Shown one piece after another: positions 1 to 12,599 of a stretch of 64,000 bases of DNA (positions within the stretch are counted from its first letter, which is position 1; every line of letters starts with the position of its first letter). Source of the stretch: Camelus dromedarius (Eukaryota); the NCBI RefSeq assembly GCF_036321535.1, contig NC_087437.1:121212001-121276000 (forward strand), in the 5' to 3' direction. Under the pieces are notes generated by a model. That model saw only the letters and a program-made list of their open reading frames with translations, did not search any database and was not told the DNA's origin. The position numbers were made by a program, and so were the translations under genes.

Positions 1-39
1 CCTGCTGTCTCCCCTGTGTCCCCCCGTACCCCCCCAGTG

Positions 40-225
40 TCCTCCCACAGTCTCCTTCCATGTGTCCATGTCCATCTCCTGATGAGGACGCCAGTGTCTC
101 TGGGTCAGGGCCCACCCCGCGACCTCCCTCGAGATCCAGCTCCAAAGACGGCCATACAGACCCCCCGCGGGCTGGGGCTCCCACGTGCGGATTCTGGGGA
201 CACAGCTCAGCCCACAGAAGCATCA
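40..225 (-). mobile_element. MLT1-like MaLR LTR fragment
   Basis: AGGACGCCAGT..GGGCCCACCC..GACCTC..GGGGACACAGCTCAGCCCAC resembles the reverse complement of an MLT1 5' end. Confidence 0.5.
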
Positions 226-2959
226 TCACAGCAGAGACTGAGTGAGTCATTAAGACAAAAGTAGCTACGTGAACGCGCCGCACGGCATCCGCCCTCTTCT
301 CGGTGTCAGGAATTGAACCAGCGACGTGATAACTAACGTCTGTCTGCACCGAGTGATGCTTCTCGTGAGGGTGCAGGCCCTGTGTGAACACGTCCCCACA
401 CGTCCAAAGCTAAGTCAGTGACGAGAAAGATGCTGGCCAAGCTGTGCCTGTGGCAGCTGCACCGTCCTGGGGAGAAATCTGAGGCTGCAGTGAGCCCGAC
501 GCGCCCGCCGGCCCGAGCAGCTGCTACTCCCCCGCCTCGTTTGAAAAAATGTGCTTGTGTCTCATCTGCGGGACTTGTCAGAAGAACAAGGACTGTGGCC
601 GGCGAGGTGTCCCGGGCTCGATCCCACGGACAGACGTGAGGGGCTGTCGGTGGGGAGCCTCCCCAGTGGCTGAGCGGTCCTGGTCACCACACCCAGCAAG
701 TAGGCGGCGGCGCTCATACGTATGGGGCCTTAAAAAACAACTTTATTTTCTTACTGCACAAGTGAAACGGCTCACTGTTGAAACCTCACCCACGATGGCG
801 ACAAGAAGGAGGAAGTGGCCCCTTTCCGTGGTCCTGCTGTGGGTGGTCTCGGCACCTCAGACACAGGGTGCAGCAGCTGGACCCCTGGATGTGCTGCGAC
901 GCCTGGGAACACGCACACACGTCGCTCTGCCTCTTGTCCTAGCCGGCCACGTCGCTGGCATGGGCGCCCAGAGCGCTGGGCCCGCTGGCGCCCATTCCTA
1001 AGGAGACCGGGGAGAGGAGCCGCCTGCCTGGAGCCTGAGGCCCGGCTCCTCCTCCTAGTGTCTGCAGGGCCCCCTGCAGCCCCACCCCAGGTCAGAGCCA
1101 GGACAAAGGGAGCGCCCACTCCCTTGCAATCCACCCCTCCCCACACCTGTGGCCCTCTGCCACCCCACACGTCACTGCCCAAGGTCAGGGCTCTGGACGG
1201 GCACAGAACCCCCGGTGAGGGGTGGGAGCAAATGCTGATTCTGGAGCCTGGCCCGACCCCCCGCATGTCCTGAGCACCAGGCCAGCGGGCAGCTGTGAGC
1301 AGGGCCAAGACCCTGTGCAAAGACCCTGGTGAGAGATGCACAAGGGGGAGGGGACAACCACGCCCACACCAGAGACGCGACCCCAAGGCCGTGGTCCTCA
1401 ACTCCCCCGGGCGCGGGTGCCCTGTGGGTGGGGCCAAGACTCCGGCAGGCAGACTCAGTCCTTGGCCCCTGACGCGAATGTGGTGCAGGGGCCGCAGCGG
1501 GAGGCCACGAGGGCAGGACCTCACGCCGGCCGTTTCGCTGGCCACGCAGCACCTGCCCAAGGACACACAGCCCCCGGGACAGTCCCGCGTGAGCGAGCGA
1601 GGACATCAGGCAGGACTGGAGGGCGGCGTGGGGGCCCCTGAGTCCAGCCAGGAGGCCCCGGGCAAGTCTCTGGGCCCTCCCTCCAGCTAGGCGTCTCAGA
1701 ACTGGGAGACTCTCGCACCCAAACCGCGCTCTGCAGAACGTCCAGGCTCCACCCTCATCCCCGCGCCCCCACCTCTCTGCTCCCGCAGCTCACCCTGGCC
1801 CAGTCAGCTGCAGGTCTGCTGAATTTCCAGGAGGAGGAGGTCTGAAGTCTCACATTTTACTTCAGACAGATCAGTGACGCAGCTTGAGGACCAGCACACG
1901 CAGCAGGACCCCTCCCCTCCTCTCATCTCTCTGTCCTCCCCCAACCCCTCCCTCTCAGAGCCCAGCTGCCGCATGAAACAGTCACTCCAGCACCCAGCTG
2001 ACAGCCAGCGCTTACAGCGGCCAACCCTGCAAGGGAGGCTTTTCAGGCGCCAACCCTCCAGCCCCAGTGGAGCCTTCAGGTGGGGAAGCCCGGCCACCAT
2101 CCCCACAGCAGCCCCTGACCCCCCGCGGGGCCGCTGCAGGAGTCCCGACCCCCTGAGACAGGTGCAGGGGGCATGTGTTGTCTGTCTTGAGCAGCCGGCT
2201 GACATGTCACAGGGCAGAAGGCTGACGCAGGTACTCGGGCCTGCACCCAGCTCTGTTTGGACCCCTTTCCAAGGTCACCCGTCTGCCGTCTTCATGTCTC
2301 CACTGGGCCCTGTCACGTGCTGATCTGATTGGAACCAAACTAACCGCAGTACCAGGTCAACTCCAGTCCGAGCAGGGCTCTTCGCCAGCCGTCAGACGCG
2401 CACACACAAGCCCGAGACTTCGGGTGGCCTAAGACATTGTCGTCGAATCGATGTTAATGTCCACTGAGTCTTGTTTGGTTCTGTCAATAAATCATACATG
2501 AACCACAGATCGTCTAAGCAAGAGACGCATTTTCAAAAAAAAAAAGCCTACTGTGGTTTTAAATATTTGATCAAAAACTATAATTATAATATGTTTGTGC
2601 AGTTGTATGCATTTTGTACTGAAATTAAAGGGAAAATCCAGAAAAAATCCAAAAGAAATTATTGAGCACTGAGAGCCTGCTGTTCACAGAACTTTTGAGA
2701 CTTTCATTCTGACAGGCATACCTCCCCCTGGTGCAGAGAAGTGGGAGTGAAGAGGTGGGGCGCTGCTGCCCCGGAGCACCGGCCGCGGGAACCAGCCCCG
2801 CCCAGGCCCTGCTCTCCTCCGGGGGTCGGTGTCTCCTCCCCACCTGCCAGACAAGCCTGCTCTCTGGGGCCCGGCCAGACCTGAGTCAGACCCGAGGCAG
2901 CACCTCTTAGGCAGGTGGGTTTACCCGGTGCCCAGGTGGGCAGCACACTCAGGGGCAAG

Positions 2960-3115
2960 GCTTCCCAGAGGGTCTGAGTAGCCGCGGGGCCATCACCTGG
3001 GCACTCCTTAGAAATGCAAATTCTCAGGCCCCACCCAGGCTGAGGGGGGAGCCCAGCCCTGTTTTAACAAGTCCTCTGGGTGGTTCTGATGCCAGATGAG
3101 GACTGGGAACAGCTG
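2960..3115. mobile_element. MER5A-like hAT-Charlie DNA transposon relic
   Basis: Characteristic CATCACCTGGG..TTAGAAATGCAAATTCTCAGGCCCCACCCAG..TGTTTTAACAAG..GGTGGTTCTGATGC. Confidence 0.7.
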
Positions 3116-3519
3116 TGGAGTGGGAGGGACAACCTAGGGGTGCAGTGGATCAGGAGGGTTGGGATGCTGGGTGAAGCCAGAGGTGGGAGGAGAAAGACTG
3201 GGGTTCGGGTCCCTGCGGCAGAAAAGCCAGGAATCCACACAGACCCTCAGGATGAGGCGGCCCGGCAGTCGGGGCGTCAGAAACAAGGCAGTGCCCTGGG
3301 CTTCCAGCAGCCCCGCCGGGAGGCCACGCCAGGCACTGACCCCCTTCAGGCAACTGTTCACTGAAACCGTGCTCGGTGCCACGTGGACGGACCTCAGAAC
3401 CCCACGCTCAGTGAGCGCAGCCAGAGACCAGAGCACAGCGTGCGGTGCCTTCGAGTGGGCCGCGCAGACAGCGGATCAGCGGGGCCGGCGCGGGCCTGAG
3501 GGGCGTGCTCGGGAGCGGA

Positions 3520-3620
3520 CAGAGGTGGCGGCTGCACAGCAATGTGAATGTGCTGAGTGCGCCGTGCCGGTCACCTTAAAACGGTTAATTTCATGTTACG
3601 CGAATTTTACCTCAAAAAGG
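3520..3620 (+). mobile_element. Old L1M 3'-end fragment
   Basis: GGCTGCACAGCAATGTGAATGTGCT..TTAAAACGGTTAATTTCATGTTACGCGAATTTTACCTCAAAA is a typical L1MB/MC terminus. Confidence 0.65.
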
Positions 3621-6600
3621 CCCCACTTAGAGCCACCTGCGGTTCCGTCCTGCGACCCACACACGATTTTAGTGCCAGTCACGTCACCAGTTCCCCAAGA
3701 TGCTTCACAGTCAGCACAGCTGCCCCAAAACCAGCAACGGAGACCGGCTTTGGTCAGCGGGCCAGCGGGCTGAGCGGGCCGAGCCGCCCAGTGCCCCCCC
3801 CCCCCAGAGCCCCGTGCCTACACACCGTGGATGCTGGGGGCTGCGGGGCCCGGCCCCAGGCGGGCCCTGGACCCAGAGCACCTGCTGAGGGTCTGGGCGG
3901 AGATGGCCCCTGGGGCCTGCCGTGACCAGCGATCGGGCATCTCCTCCCCGTGAGGGGCAGTGGTGCCCCTTCCCCACGGGGTCGCCCAAGGCTGGGGGCA
4001 CATGGTGTGTGCTGGGCTCAGAGACCCGGGCTCTGGGCCGGGGAGGCCTGGCATTGGGTGCCCCCACCCTCTAAAGCTGTCGCCCGAGGACTTCGTCCCG
4101 GAGCACTGCCTGCAGCAGCTGAATGGGGCCCTGGGAACAGGAGCAGCAGGCCACCAGCGCTCAGGTTCAGATCTCGGCCAGGTCTGGGGGGCCCGGGGCT
4201 CCGATCCCCTTCAGGGTGGGTGGCTCTGGCTCTCCCGGCAAGGCCAAGCTTGGCCAGGAGCCCCCAGACACAGGACCCTCACTGCTGACCCAGCCAACCC
4301 CCGACTCCTTGCAGGCTGGTCCCAGGAACTGCCCACCCCCACCCTGGCCAGGGCAGGCTGCGCTGCCAGGCCCCAGGCAGAGGCCGGCTGCTGAGCCCTG
4401 GTCTCCACGCGAGGGTCCCGCCGGCTCCGACCCCCACGCTGCAGGCTGCATCCTGGGGGTCCAAGCTCAACCGGGCCTTCGGCCGCCGGGGCTTTGGAGC
4501 CTGCGTCTAGGGGTGGCGTGGCTGCCCAGCCCCTGCCCAGGAGGTCTGAGGCTCTCTGACAAGTCCTCCCAAGATCTCTCCAATGATCTCATGGTTTGTT
4601 CCCCCGGCACTGCCAGGCTGGGCAGCACTGAATGAATGAACGAATGAGTGACGTCCCTGCCTCACTGATGAGCTGGCAGATGCCTGGGTGGACTTTGGGG
4701 GTCCCCAGGCCCCACGAGGCACTGCGCCCCTGCACCTCCAGGACCCAGATGCTGTCTGGGGCTCCAGGGGGCTCTCACTGGCTCTGAGCGGCAGGGGGCC
4801 TCGCCGGGAGCCCGTGTGGCTGCTGCCTTTGCTCCTGCGCTGTGGATGCACATGAGCCGCGTTGTCTCCGTGCTCTGCGCTCCGTCCAGGGGATGCGTCT
4901 GCCCAGAAGCTCCTGCTCACAAATCAGCACAACACTGCCTGCTTCTTGCTCCAAACTAGAGGGTTTCAGGCACCGTGAGCCCCTCGCTCTCGTGGCCAGG
5001 GCAGCGTGTGGCAGGCAGACTTAAACGCCAGGCATGCGTGCCAGATGGTCGAGTGGCAGCCAGGAAGCACAGGTGGGGGGAGGGCACGAGGTGGAGGACC
5101 CCGCAGAATTCACCAAGACACAGACAGTCATGGGCAAGCGTCACAAACAGGAATGTCCCCGTTCAAGGCCTGGCCCTTTCGGGCAGCGACCAACATGTCT
5201 GCTGCCGTCTCACCCCCGGGCTTCGTGCTCCACCTGCTGTCGCCCCCGAGCGTGTGTCATGCACCCCTCGGGGGCAGAGTTTCAGAGGCCCCAGGGCTGG
5301 GCTCCTCCAGCTGGGAAGAACAAAACTGGCTGCTGGGGACTGCAGTGGGTGGAAGCTCCGGGGTCACGGGTCACATCCATCCAAGGGCGTTGGGCGTCTG
5401 TCCCGGGACCCTCGGCTCAGGGCTCAGACCCCGGGAGGCACAGCCCTAGTGGCTGAGGTATGGCTTACACGCTCCCCTGACCACTGACTGCACGCTGTGG
5501 AGAGGGACAATTCCCACAAGGAAACGGGCGGAGCGTTGCCAGAGTAAGGGAGAAGGGGCATGGGGCCCGAACCAACATCGCGTTCTGCTGGCACACAGAT
5601 CACACATCACACCCTCGCCTGCCCCGTCCCCACAGCCCGCCCGGTGGCTTGGGCCTTAGTCCCCTCGCCTCTGCCTCCGCGGGTCCACTGGCAAATCCTG
5701 TCGGTTCTGCAATCCATCTCGGGTGCCCCGATGTCCATCTTCACTGCCCCCAAGCCCCAGCCACCCTGCACGGCCTCCAGCTGCCTCGGCCTCCCCGCCT
5801 CCCATCCCACCCCGTACCCCCAGCAGGAGGGGCCTTTGAAGATGCCACTCCACACGCATGGCTTGGGAACCTCGATGGCCCCACGGCCTGCAGAGGGACA
5901 GCCAGGCTGGATGTGCTGTCCACAGGGCCAGGCCGGGCTGCTCCATCCAGCTGCCCTGGAAGCCCCGCCCCCAGCCCTCTGTGTGTGCATGTGCGCCCGT
6001 GCACCGGGCGTGTGGCCGTCTCACCAGTAAGGACAATGGCCCCACGGGATTCCGAGGCCTGTGCGTCACCTGCCGCAGGTGATGCATGCTGGGGGCAGGC
6101 CCGTGGCTTTGAAGGGGAAGACATGGGAGTGACTGCATCTCCAGGTGGCTGAGGGGAGGGAGCTGGACGCGTTCCGAGCGTGACTCTGGAGTGACGTCGT
6201 CGGCTGCCATCGCTAAGGAGGGGCTGGCAACTCGTCCAGACACGCGTGTGCGCCCGGAAACGATGAGGGTGGGGCTCCCCACAGAACCCGCACACACGGT
6301 GGGGCGGCTCTCACGGCACTGTGTCTCGGGGAGGGGCACTGTGGACAGCAGCTGAGTAGAAAGTGCCAGTTCCTTGTAGACCCCGCTGTGAGCCACAGTG
6401 CGGCGATGTGGACAAATGACAGCAAATGCTGTCCTGGGTGCTGCTTACCGCGCCCCCATGCGCCAGGCTCTAGCTCTCCAAGCAGGACCTGGGGCTGTCT
6501 GTTCCCCAGCCACATCCTCAGCTGGCCCCCAGGTGGGTCTGCGAGGCCTCGATGGGGGGTCCCCGCCATCTGGGGTCTCAGGATGAACTACATCCAAGCA

Positions 6601-6984
6601 GGAGGGCATCTCGGGGAACCCCGGCCACAGGAGGGGCCCTGCAGCAGCAGGCGTGGCTCTGGTGGGAGGAGAGGGCTCCAGCCTCAGAGCTGGGCCCCTC
6701 CTCAGGCTGAAGGCCGCTCCCAAGGCTGGGACACCAACGCATAGAACAGGTAGCATGCCAGAGGGCACTGAAAGGCTGAGACCCCAAAGAGGGGCCCGGC
6801 ACTTGGAGCCACTTGGCTCTGGGGGTACTTGCCAGCCGGAGGAGGTGGCTGAGGGCCCCCAGGGCAGCTTGGTGGGAAACAGCACCTGGACGTCTGCCCC
6901 CTGAAGGCACAGCTCACTCCATGACCATTTAGGGGGCGGGGATCTGGTGTTGGGCTCTGCTGTCTATACCGGGGAGAGGCGGTC

Positions 6985-7985
6985 ACTGACTGGACACTTG
7001 CGTCCCCCAAATTCACACACTGACGCCCCACCCCAACGTGACAGTGTTTGGAGCTGGGAACTTCAGGAGGTAATTGGGTTCAGATGGGGTCATGAGGGTG
7101 GGGCCCTCACAGTGGGATTTGTGTCCTTACCAGAAGAGGGAGAATGGAGGACAGTAAGGAGGTTCCTTAAAAAACTAAAAGTAGACTCACCCTGTGATCC
7201 AGCAACCCCACTTCTGAGCACACACCCAGGGAAAACTATAACATGAACAGACCCCTGCACCCCGTGCTCAAGCAGCCAAGACGTGGAGGCAGCCTCAGCG
7301 TCCGCCGACAGGTGACGGGCTAAAGCAGCCGTGGTACGTTTATACAGTGGAATACTACTCAGCCATAAAAACGACAAAATAATGCCATTTGCAGCAACGT
7401 GGATGGACCTGGAGATGATCACATCAAGTGAAGTCAGACAGAGGAAGACAAATATCAGACGATATCACTTACATGTGGAATCTAAAAAAAAGACACCGAT
7501 GAACTTACTGGCAAGTCAGAAACAGTCTCACAGACACAGAAACCAAACTACAGTAACCAAAGGGGAAGGGGGGAGGGAGGGGTAAGCTGGGAGCTTGGGA
7601 TCGGCAGGTACACATTACTATTTACGTGTAGATAACAAACAAGGCCCTGCTGTGCAGCACAGGGAACTACATTCAGCATCTGTAATAACCTATAATGGGG
7701 AAGAATTGAGACGAAGAAAATACACACGTATGTGTCTGTATGACTCAACCGCTTTGCTGTTCGTCTGAAACTGACACTGTACATCAATTACATGTCATTG
7801 AAAAAGAAAAAAGACGCGGGAGAGGCCAGGCCTTCCTCTCCGCCCCGCGAAGACCCAGCGAGAAGGGGCGCCTGCAGGCCGGGGGCGCTTCTCACCTGAG
7901 TCCGGCCTCGACCCTGGGCTTTCGGGCTCTGGATGAGTGAGAAACGCACGTCTGTCGTTTCCTGTGGCACCTGGACACCTGCGGA
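6985..7985 (+). mobile_element. MLT1-like MaLR LTR split by the L1 (halves about 6985-7140 and 7812-7985)
   Basis: MLT1-type text GTCCCCCAAATTCA...GAGGGTGGGGCCCTCA...GTGTCCTTA on the left resumes with GAAGACCCAGCGAGAAG...GTGAGAAA on the right. Confidence 0.6.
7140..7812 (+). mobile_element. LINE-1 3' fragment (cetartiodactyl-type 3' UTR) inserted into a MaLR LTR
   Basis: L1 ORF2-end peptide IMPFAATWMDLE, typical L1 3' UTR and an A-rich tail. Confidence 0.85.
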
Positions 7986-9671
7986 TGCCTCCTCTCCAGG
8001 TGGCAGACAGAGACAGCAGGACACCAGGCGGAAGGGGCGGGCTGTGGGGGAGGACAACCATGGGGGGCGACGGGAAACACCTCTGCCCGTGCACCCCAGG
8101 CTGCAGCCACAGCAGGAGCCCGCGGGCCACGGGAAGAGGAGGCAAGAGCCAGAAAGGTGCCCAGTCTGTCCCTAGGCCTTTGCTGGACGTGCGAGCCTGG
8201 GCGTCCGCTTCCCAGCCTGGCCAAGCTCTCAGGACAGAAGGCAGGTCCCTGGGCTCCTGAGATGAGCATCTCTTTGGGACCCCCAAAGGGCTACACTACC
8301 TAGGTGACCACAGCCCAGACCGCAGGGAGTCCAGGAAGGTGGCCCTCGACCAAGCAGAGCCGGGGACCCCGTCCTGGAGGAGGTGCGAGCACCGTCTGTG
8401 CGCAACCTCCTCCTGTCGGCTGGCCGATCGGAATCAAACCAGTCCAAACCAAAACAAAGTAAAACCAGCCAGCCAAATCCGGCAGTGCCGGCAGTCTGAA
8501 GAGGGGCCTGCCAGGTGCTGTCCCTGCACCTGGAGGAGTGGGGGGTCAGCACCGTGAACAAGACCGGGAAGACGGTCGAGCAGGGGGGGACACAGACACT
8601 CGCGCAAACAGTCGTGCTGGCTGGTCCTGAAGGCAGGGTGGGACATCATCGTTACCTCCTGGCCCACCCCGACAGAGGCACCGCAGGCACAGGCAGGTCC
8701 TGCCCTGAGCCAGGTCCCAGCCCCTCCAGCCCCGGGAGCAGGCTGCCCACAGCGGGCCAATCCTCCTGACTCGCATCCCAGCCTCCCTGGCGGGAGGCGA
8801 GGACATAGAGGCTTGAGCAGTCATAGTTACTGACGTGCGTTTGCAAAATTCAGAAGGAAACTGTAAAGTTTAAAAAATATATGTATAGCTGAGCAAAATT
8901 TTGGCTGGCAGGCCCCCACCTAGAAGACAGCACGTCCGAGGCGAGCGCACAGTCCCCAGGGCAGGAAGGGCGCAGTGAGGGGGTGGAGGAGGGGCCTGAC
9001 CTAAGGCTCATGTGGGAGGTCGTGTGGACACCGCCTTTCCCCAATCCTTCCAGGCCCTGGAGACCCCCATCCTTGTCCTGAGCCCTGTGTGTGACCAGCA
9101 GGCTGTGAGCGAAGTGACCCGTGTCCCAGAAGAGCCACGTGTCAGGCGCCTGCAGGTCACAAACACAAAAGTACGCAAGGGACGGCACATGCAGCGGGAC
9201 CCGGCCCCCGCACGCCCAGCACACCCAGGACACGCACCCTCCTCACCACCACCACCCAGCCCCGGGGCTCAGGCCAGCGTCCTGAGACCTGGGAAGGGTA
9301 GGGCCCGCAGCCAGTGTGGCCGCGGAGAGGGGCCTGGGCCCTGGCTTGAAGGGAGGAGGCGCTGGATGAGAAGAGGTGCAGGCGAGCTAGCCTGGCCGAC
9401 CCGGACACGGAGCAGCAAAAGGCCCGGTGGTCCTGCCTTCCCTCGAGCCCTGTCTGAGGGCTGCGCAGACTTGAGCCACCGCTGCCGCATCCCAGGGACG
9501 CGGCCCGGATGAGACGCCCTCTAGGTGCAGGTCCCGAGCACGAGGGACACCGGGCACCTCCTTTCCCTCAAAATTCAGATCACAAGCTGTTCCTTTAAAG
9601 CGCCTTCAGTAAGACTTACTTGCATTTTCAAAAGAATGAGATTTTCAAAACCTTAATTTTAATAATGTTTC

Positions 9672-9788
9672 GGGGTTTTTTTTTGGCAGGGGCAGGTAAT
9701 TAGGTTTATTTGTTTGGTTTTTCAGTGGAGGCACTGGGATTGAACCCAGGACCTTGTGTATGCTAAGCACGTTACACCCTCCCCCCAC
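9672..9788 (-). mobile_element. vic-1-type camelid tRNA-derived SINE (internally deleted)
   Basis: Minus strand reads GGGGAGGGTGTA..TGCTTAGCAT..AGGTCCTGGGTTCAATCCC (B-box)...AAATAAACCTAATTACC..A-tail. A probable short TSD A(T/C)AATGTTT flanks it. Confidence 0.8.
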
Positions 9789-12599
9789 CACAATGTTTAC
9801 TGACGTTTTATATTCATCAATCATAACCTGCGTTTTCACTTTTAATGCGCACCTTTGAGTACTGTGAAAGGAAACAACTATTTGAAAACAATGAACAATT
9901 TTTTGTTGTTCATTTTTATATTTCACTTAGTTTATGGAAACGTATTCAAGGGTTTACACTCTGAATACAATCGTGGCTTTTAGAAATATTTTAGAGCAAC
10001 ACTGTTAGTTGATATTAACATAATGAAAATCTTGAGTGTAACATGACTGGCGATTGAACATGTTGAAACGAGGGTAAGGAATACACGTTGGGGGATGAAT
10101 GTGCAATGTGAAGACACGCACGTCTGTGCTCCGGGCACGCCTGACGTCCCCAGCGCAGACGGCCCAGACCCGCGCGACCACGGCCGAGCGCCAAAGCATC
10201 GAGCGCTTTGCTGTTGGTCTGCAAACGCCAGCCCCACCCGCCACCTCCTCGTCCAGCTACAGGCAGACTTCACCGCGTTGTCGCGGTCTCCGTACTCTCT
10301 GTGTGCAGGCCTGGCGGGGCCCCTCACACGCTGGCTCTGAGCCCTCTGCCCTTCCCGGGGTGGGGGTGGGGTTGCCATGGAGGGGGGGAGCCCACAGCTG
10401 AGGGATTCCGGGGAGCAGAGCCCTGCAGCCCCTGGACTGGGACTGAGAGAGACGAGCAGGCCTGCCCCAGCCTGGTATGGGGTCCCTGCCTCGTTAGCCG
10501 GGCCTGTCCTGGCTCGCAGAGCACGTCCGCTGGGGACCCCCGCAGCCACATGCAGAGTGAGCGGTCACCTAGGCCAGACCCTGAGACCCTGCTGGGTCCC
10601 GCGCCAGGGGCCGCCCCTCCCTGGAGTGCTGGGCAGACCCCTGGGGGCCGGCTGGGGTGTGACGTTGCACCCAGTGACCCCCTTTGCCACCTGCAAGACG
10701 GCTGCAGGCGTGGGGAGGGGTCCGAGTCCCCCTGCTGAGGCTGCGGGGCCCGCCCTCCGCCGGGGGCAGCTGCCTCTCCCACGGCCACGTCCACCTGGAG
10801 CCAGGCGTGTGCAGGCTGGCAAATCACAGGTGATTCATGTGGCTAATTTATTTATGACAATCAGGCTAAATTTAGGTTAATTACTTTTTAATCATTCTCT
10901 CGAGGGTACATGAAAATACTTGAAGCCAGTCCACGAGGCGGAGCGCTGCCGGGGACGGAGTGCTATCTGATGGATGGGGTGCCAGTCGACGGGGACGGGG
11001 GTGGGGGCCAGGCCTCTGCGCTGCTCTGGGAGGGGCTGGGGGCCCTGGCGGGGATCCAGGAGCTCAGATGTGAAGGTGTGCCCCAGGGCACTTGTCTGCT
11101 TGCCCAGCCCCGCGCCCCTCCCTGGATACACCTGGACATGGAGACCTGGGTCCCTGCAGTGAGCTCCCACCCCAGCTCCTCCGTCCTGGCCCCCCATCCC
11201 ACCCACGCTCTCCCACTCAGCGTCACTCTGGAATTGTCTGACTCCCTCAGCTGACTGGAGGGGCTGGGACTGCCTTCCTGAGCAGAGGAGGGGGTGGGGG
11301 GACACAGCCAACCAGGGGGGACAGGCTCTTCCCAGGCACCAGCTAAGGGCCCCAGATGCTGAGGCGCCCACTGCCCCACAAGCCGCCGCCCCTCACTCAC
11401 CACGTAGTCAGTGCGGCGGGAAGCCCTGCCCTGCTCCCACGGGCCCCCGCCTCCAGGGGCTTGTCCCACAGACAGCGGACACCCTCCTCCTGCAGAGACT
11501 GCTGACCACAAGCGCACAGTGCCATGGCCCAGGCACAGTGCCCAGCGGCCTTGCATGTCGGGGGTTCTGGTTCCTGCTGCTTCAGGCTTGGGATGGGCCT
11601 GACACCAGGGTCCATGTGAGGCCCCAAAACAGAGTGAGGGTTCATAGAGAGGATGGTCAGTCTAAAGCCAAAAAATAAATATGAAATACACTTTAAAAGT
11701 AATCTCCAGAAGGGTGAAGACCTGGCATCAAATAAGCCTGCGTTTATTCCCCCGTCCCCTCCGCGACACAAGCTGTCAGGGTGGGGCTGGAGGAGGAACA
11801 CCCCTGTCCATCACCCTCCCCCTGCCCCCGCCCGGCGCCAGCCAACGCATCGCCTGAAACACGGACAGGGACGCACGTGCAGGGGTGGGTGACACTTCAC
11901 CAACATTCTCATTTTATGTTTTTCAAATCATACAAGTATCACACGTCGGCCATAACAAGGGGACAGACCAAAGCTGGTGACGGTCTCAGTCCCACCAGGG
12001 CTGTGATGGCAGCTGGTCTTGGGCCAGGGCTTGTGGGCGAAACCCCCAGCACACTTGATGGACAACAGGCACTGTCTCCAGGCAGCAGACGAGGCCTGGG
12101 TGAGACTGTGACCCCAGAGAAAGCGACACAAGGGTGGGGTCCCCTCCCGGGGCAGGGTGGCTCCCACGTGGCAGAGCTGGACCGGCAGGGGTGTGCAGGT
12201 GGGGCACCAGGACGGGGGCGGCACCAGAATCCGTGGCCCCCAAGCCCTTGGCTGAGGACTATCGGCACCCGCCAGTGAGCGTGTGGGGACGGCCAGAGAA
12301 GCTGGTCTGGGGTGGGCGTGGGCAGAGGCAGGGCAGTCCAGGGAGCTGGCAGGGCACATGGAGACCCCGCCTCAGCCCCTCGCTTGTCCCCTGGCACCCA
12401 GAAAGGCCATGCCTGGTCCTAAGGGAGACATCCTTAAGTCAGGTCCACACCAGACCTCCCCCAGCCCCTGGCAAAGCCCAAAGTAAGCCCTGGCAGGAGC
12501 TGGGGGACGGTTTGGGTGTGGGGTCTGGTGAGTCACGGGAGCTTGGGAACCCCTGACACGCCTCGATCTGACCCAACGCAGCACAAAACCAAACTCACA

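Noticed and set aside
742..747. Minus-strand AATAAA as the end of an unknown gene
   Set aside because: It is an isolated hexamer with no supportable upstream exons.
1841..1868. 9-bp inverted repeat GTCTGAAGT-N10-ACTTCAGAC
   Set aside because: Too short for a pre-miRNA, and a stem of this size is plausible by chance in 64 kb.
9672..9788. tRNA gene suggested by a B-box (GGTTCAATCCC)
   Set aside because: It is part of a tRNA-derived SINE with an A-rich tail; no cloverleaf can be formed.
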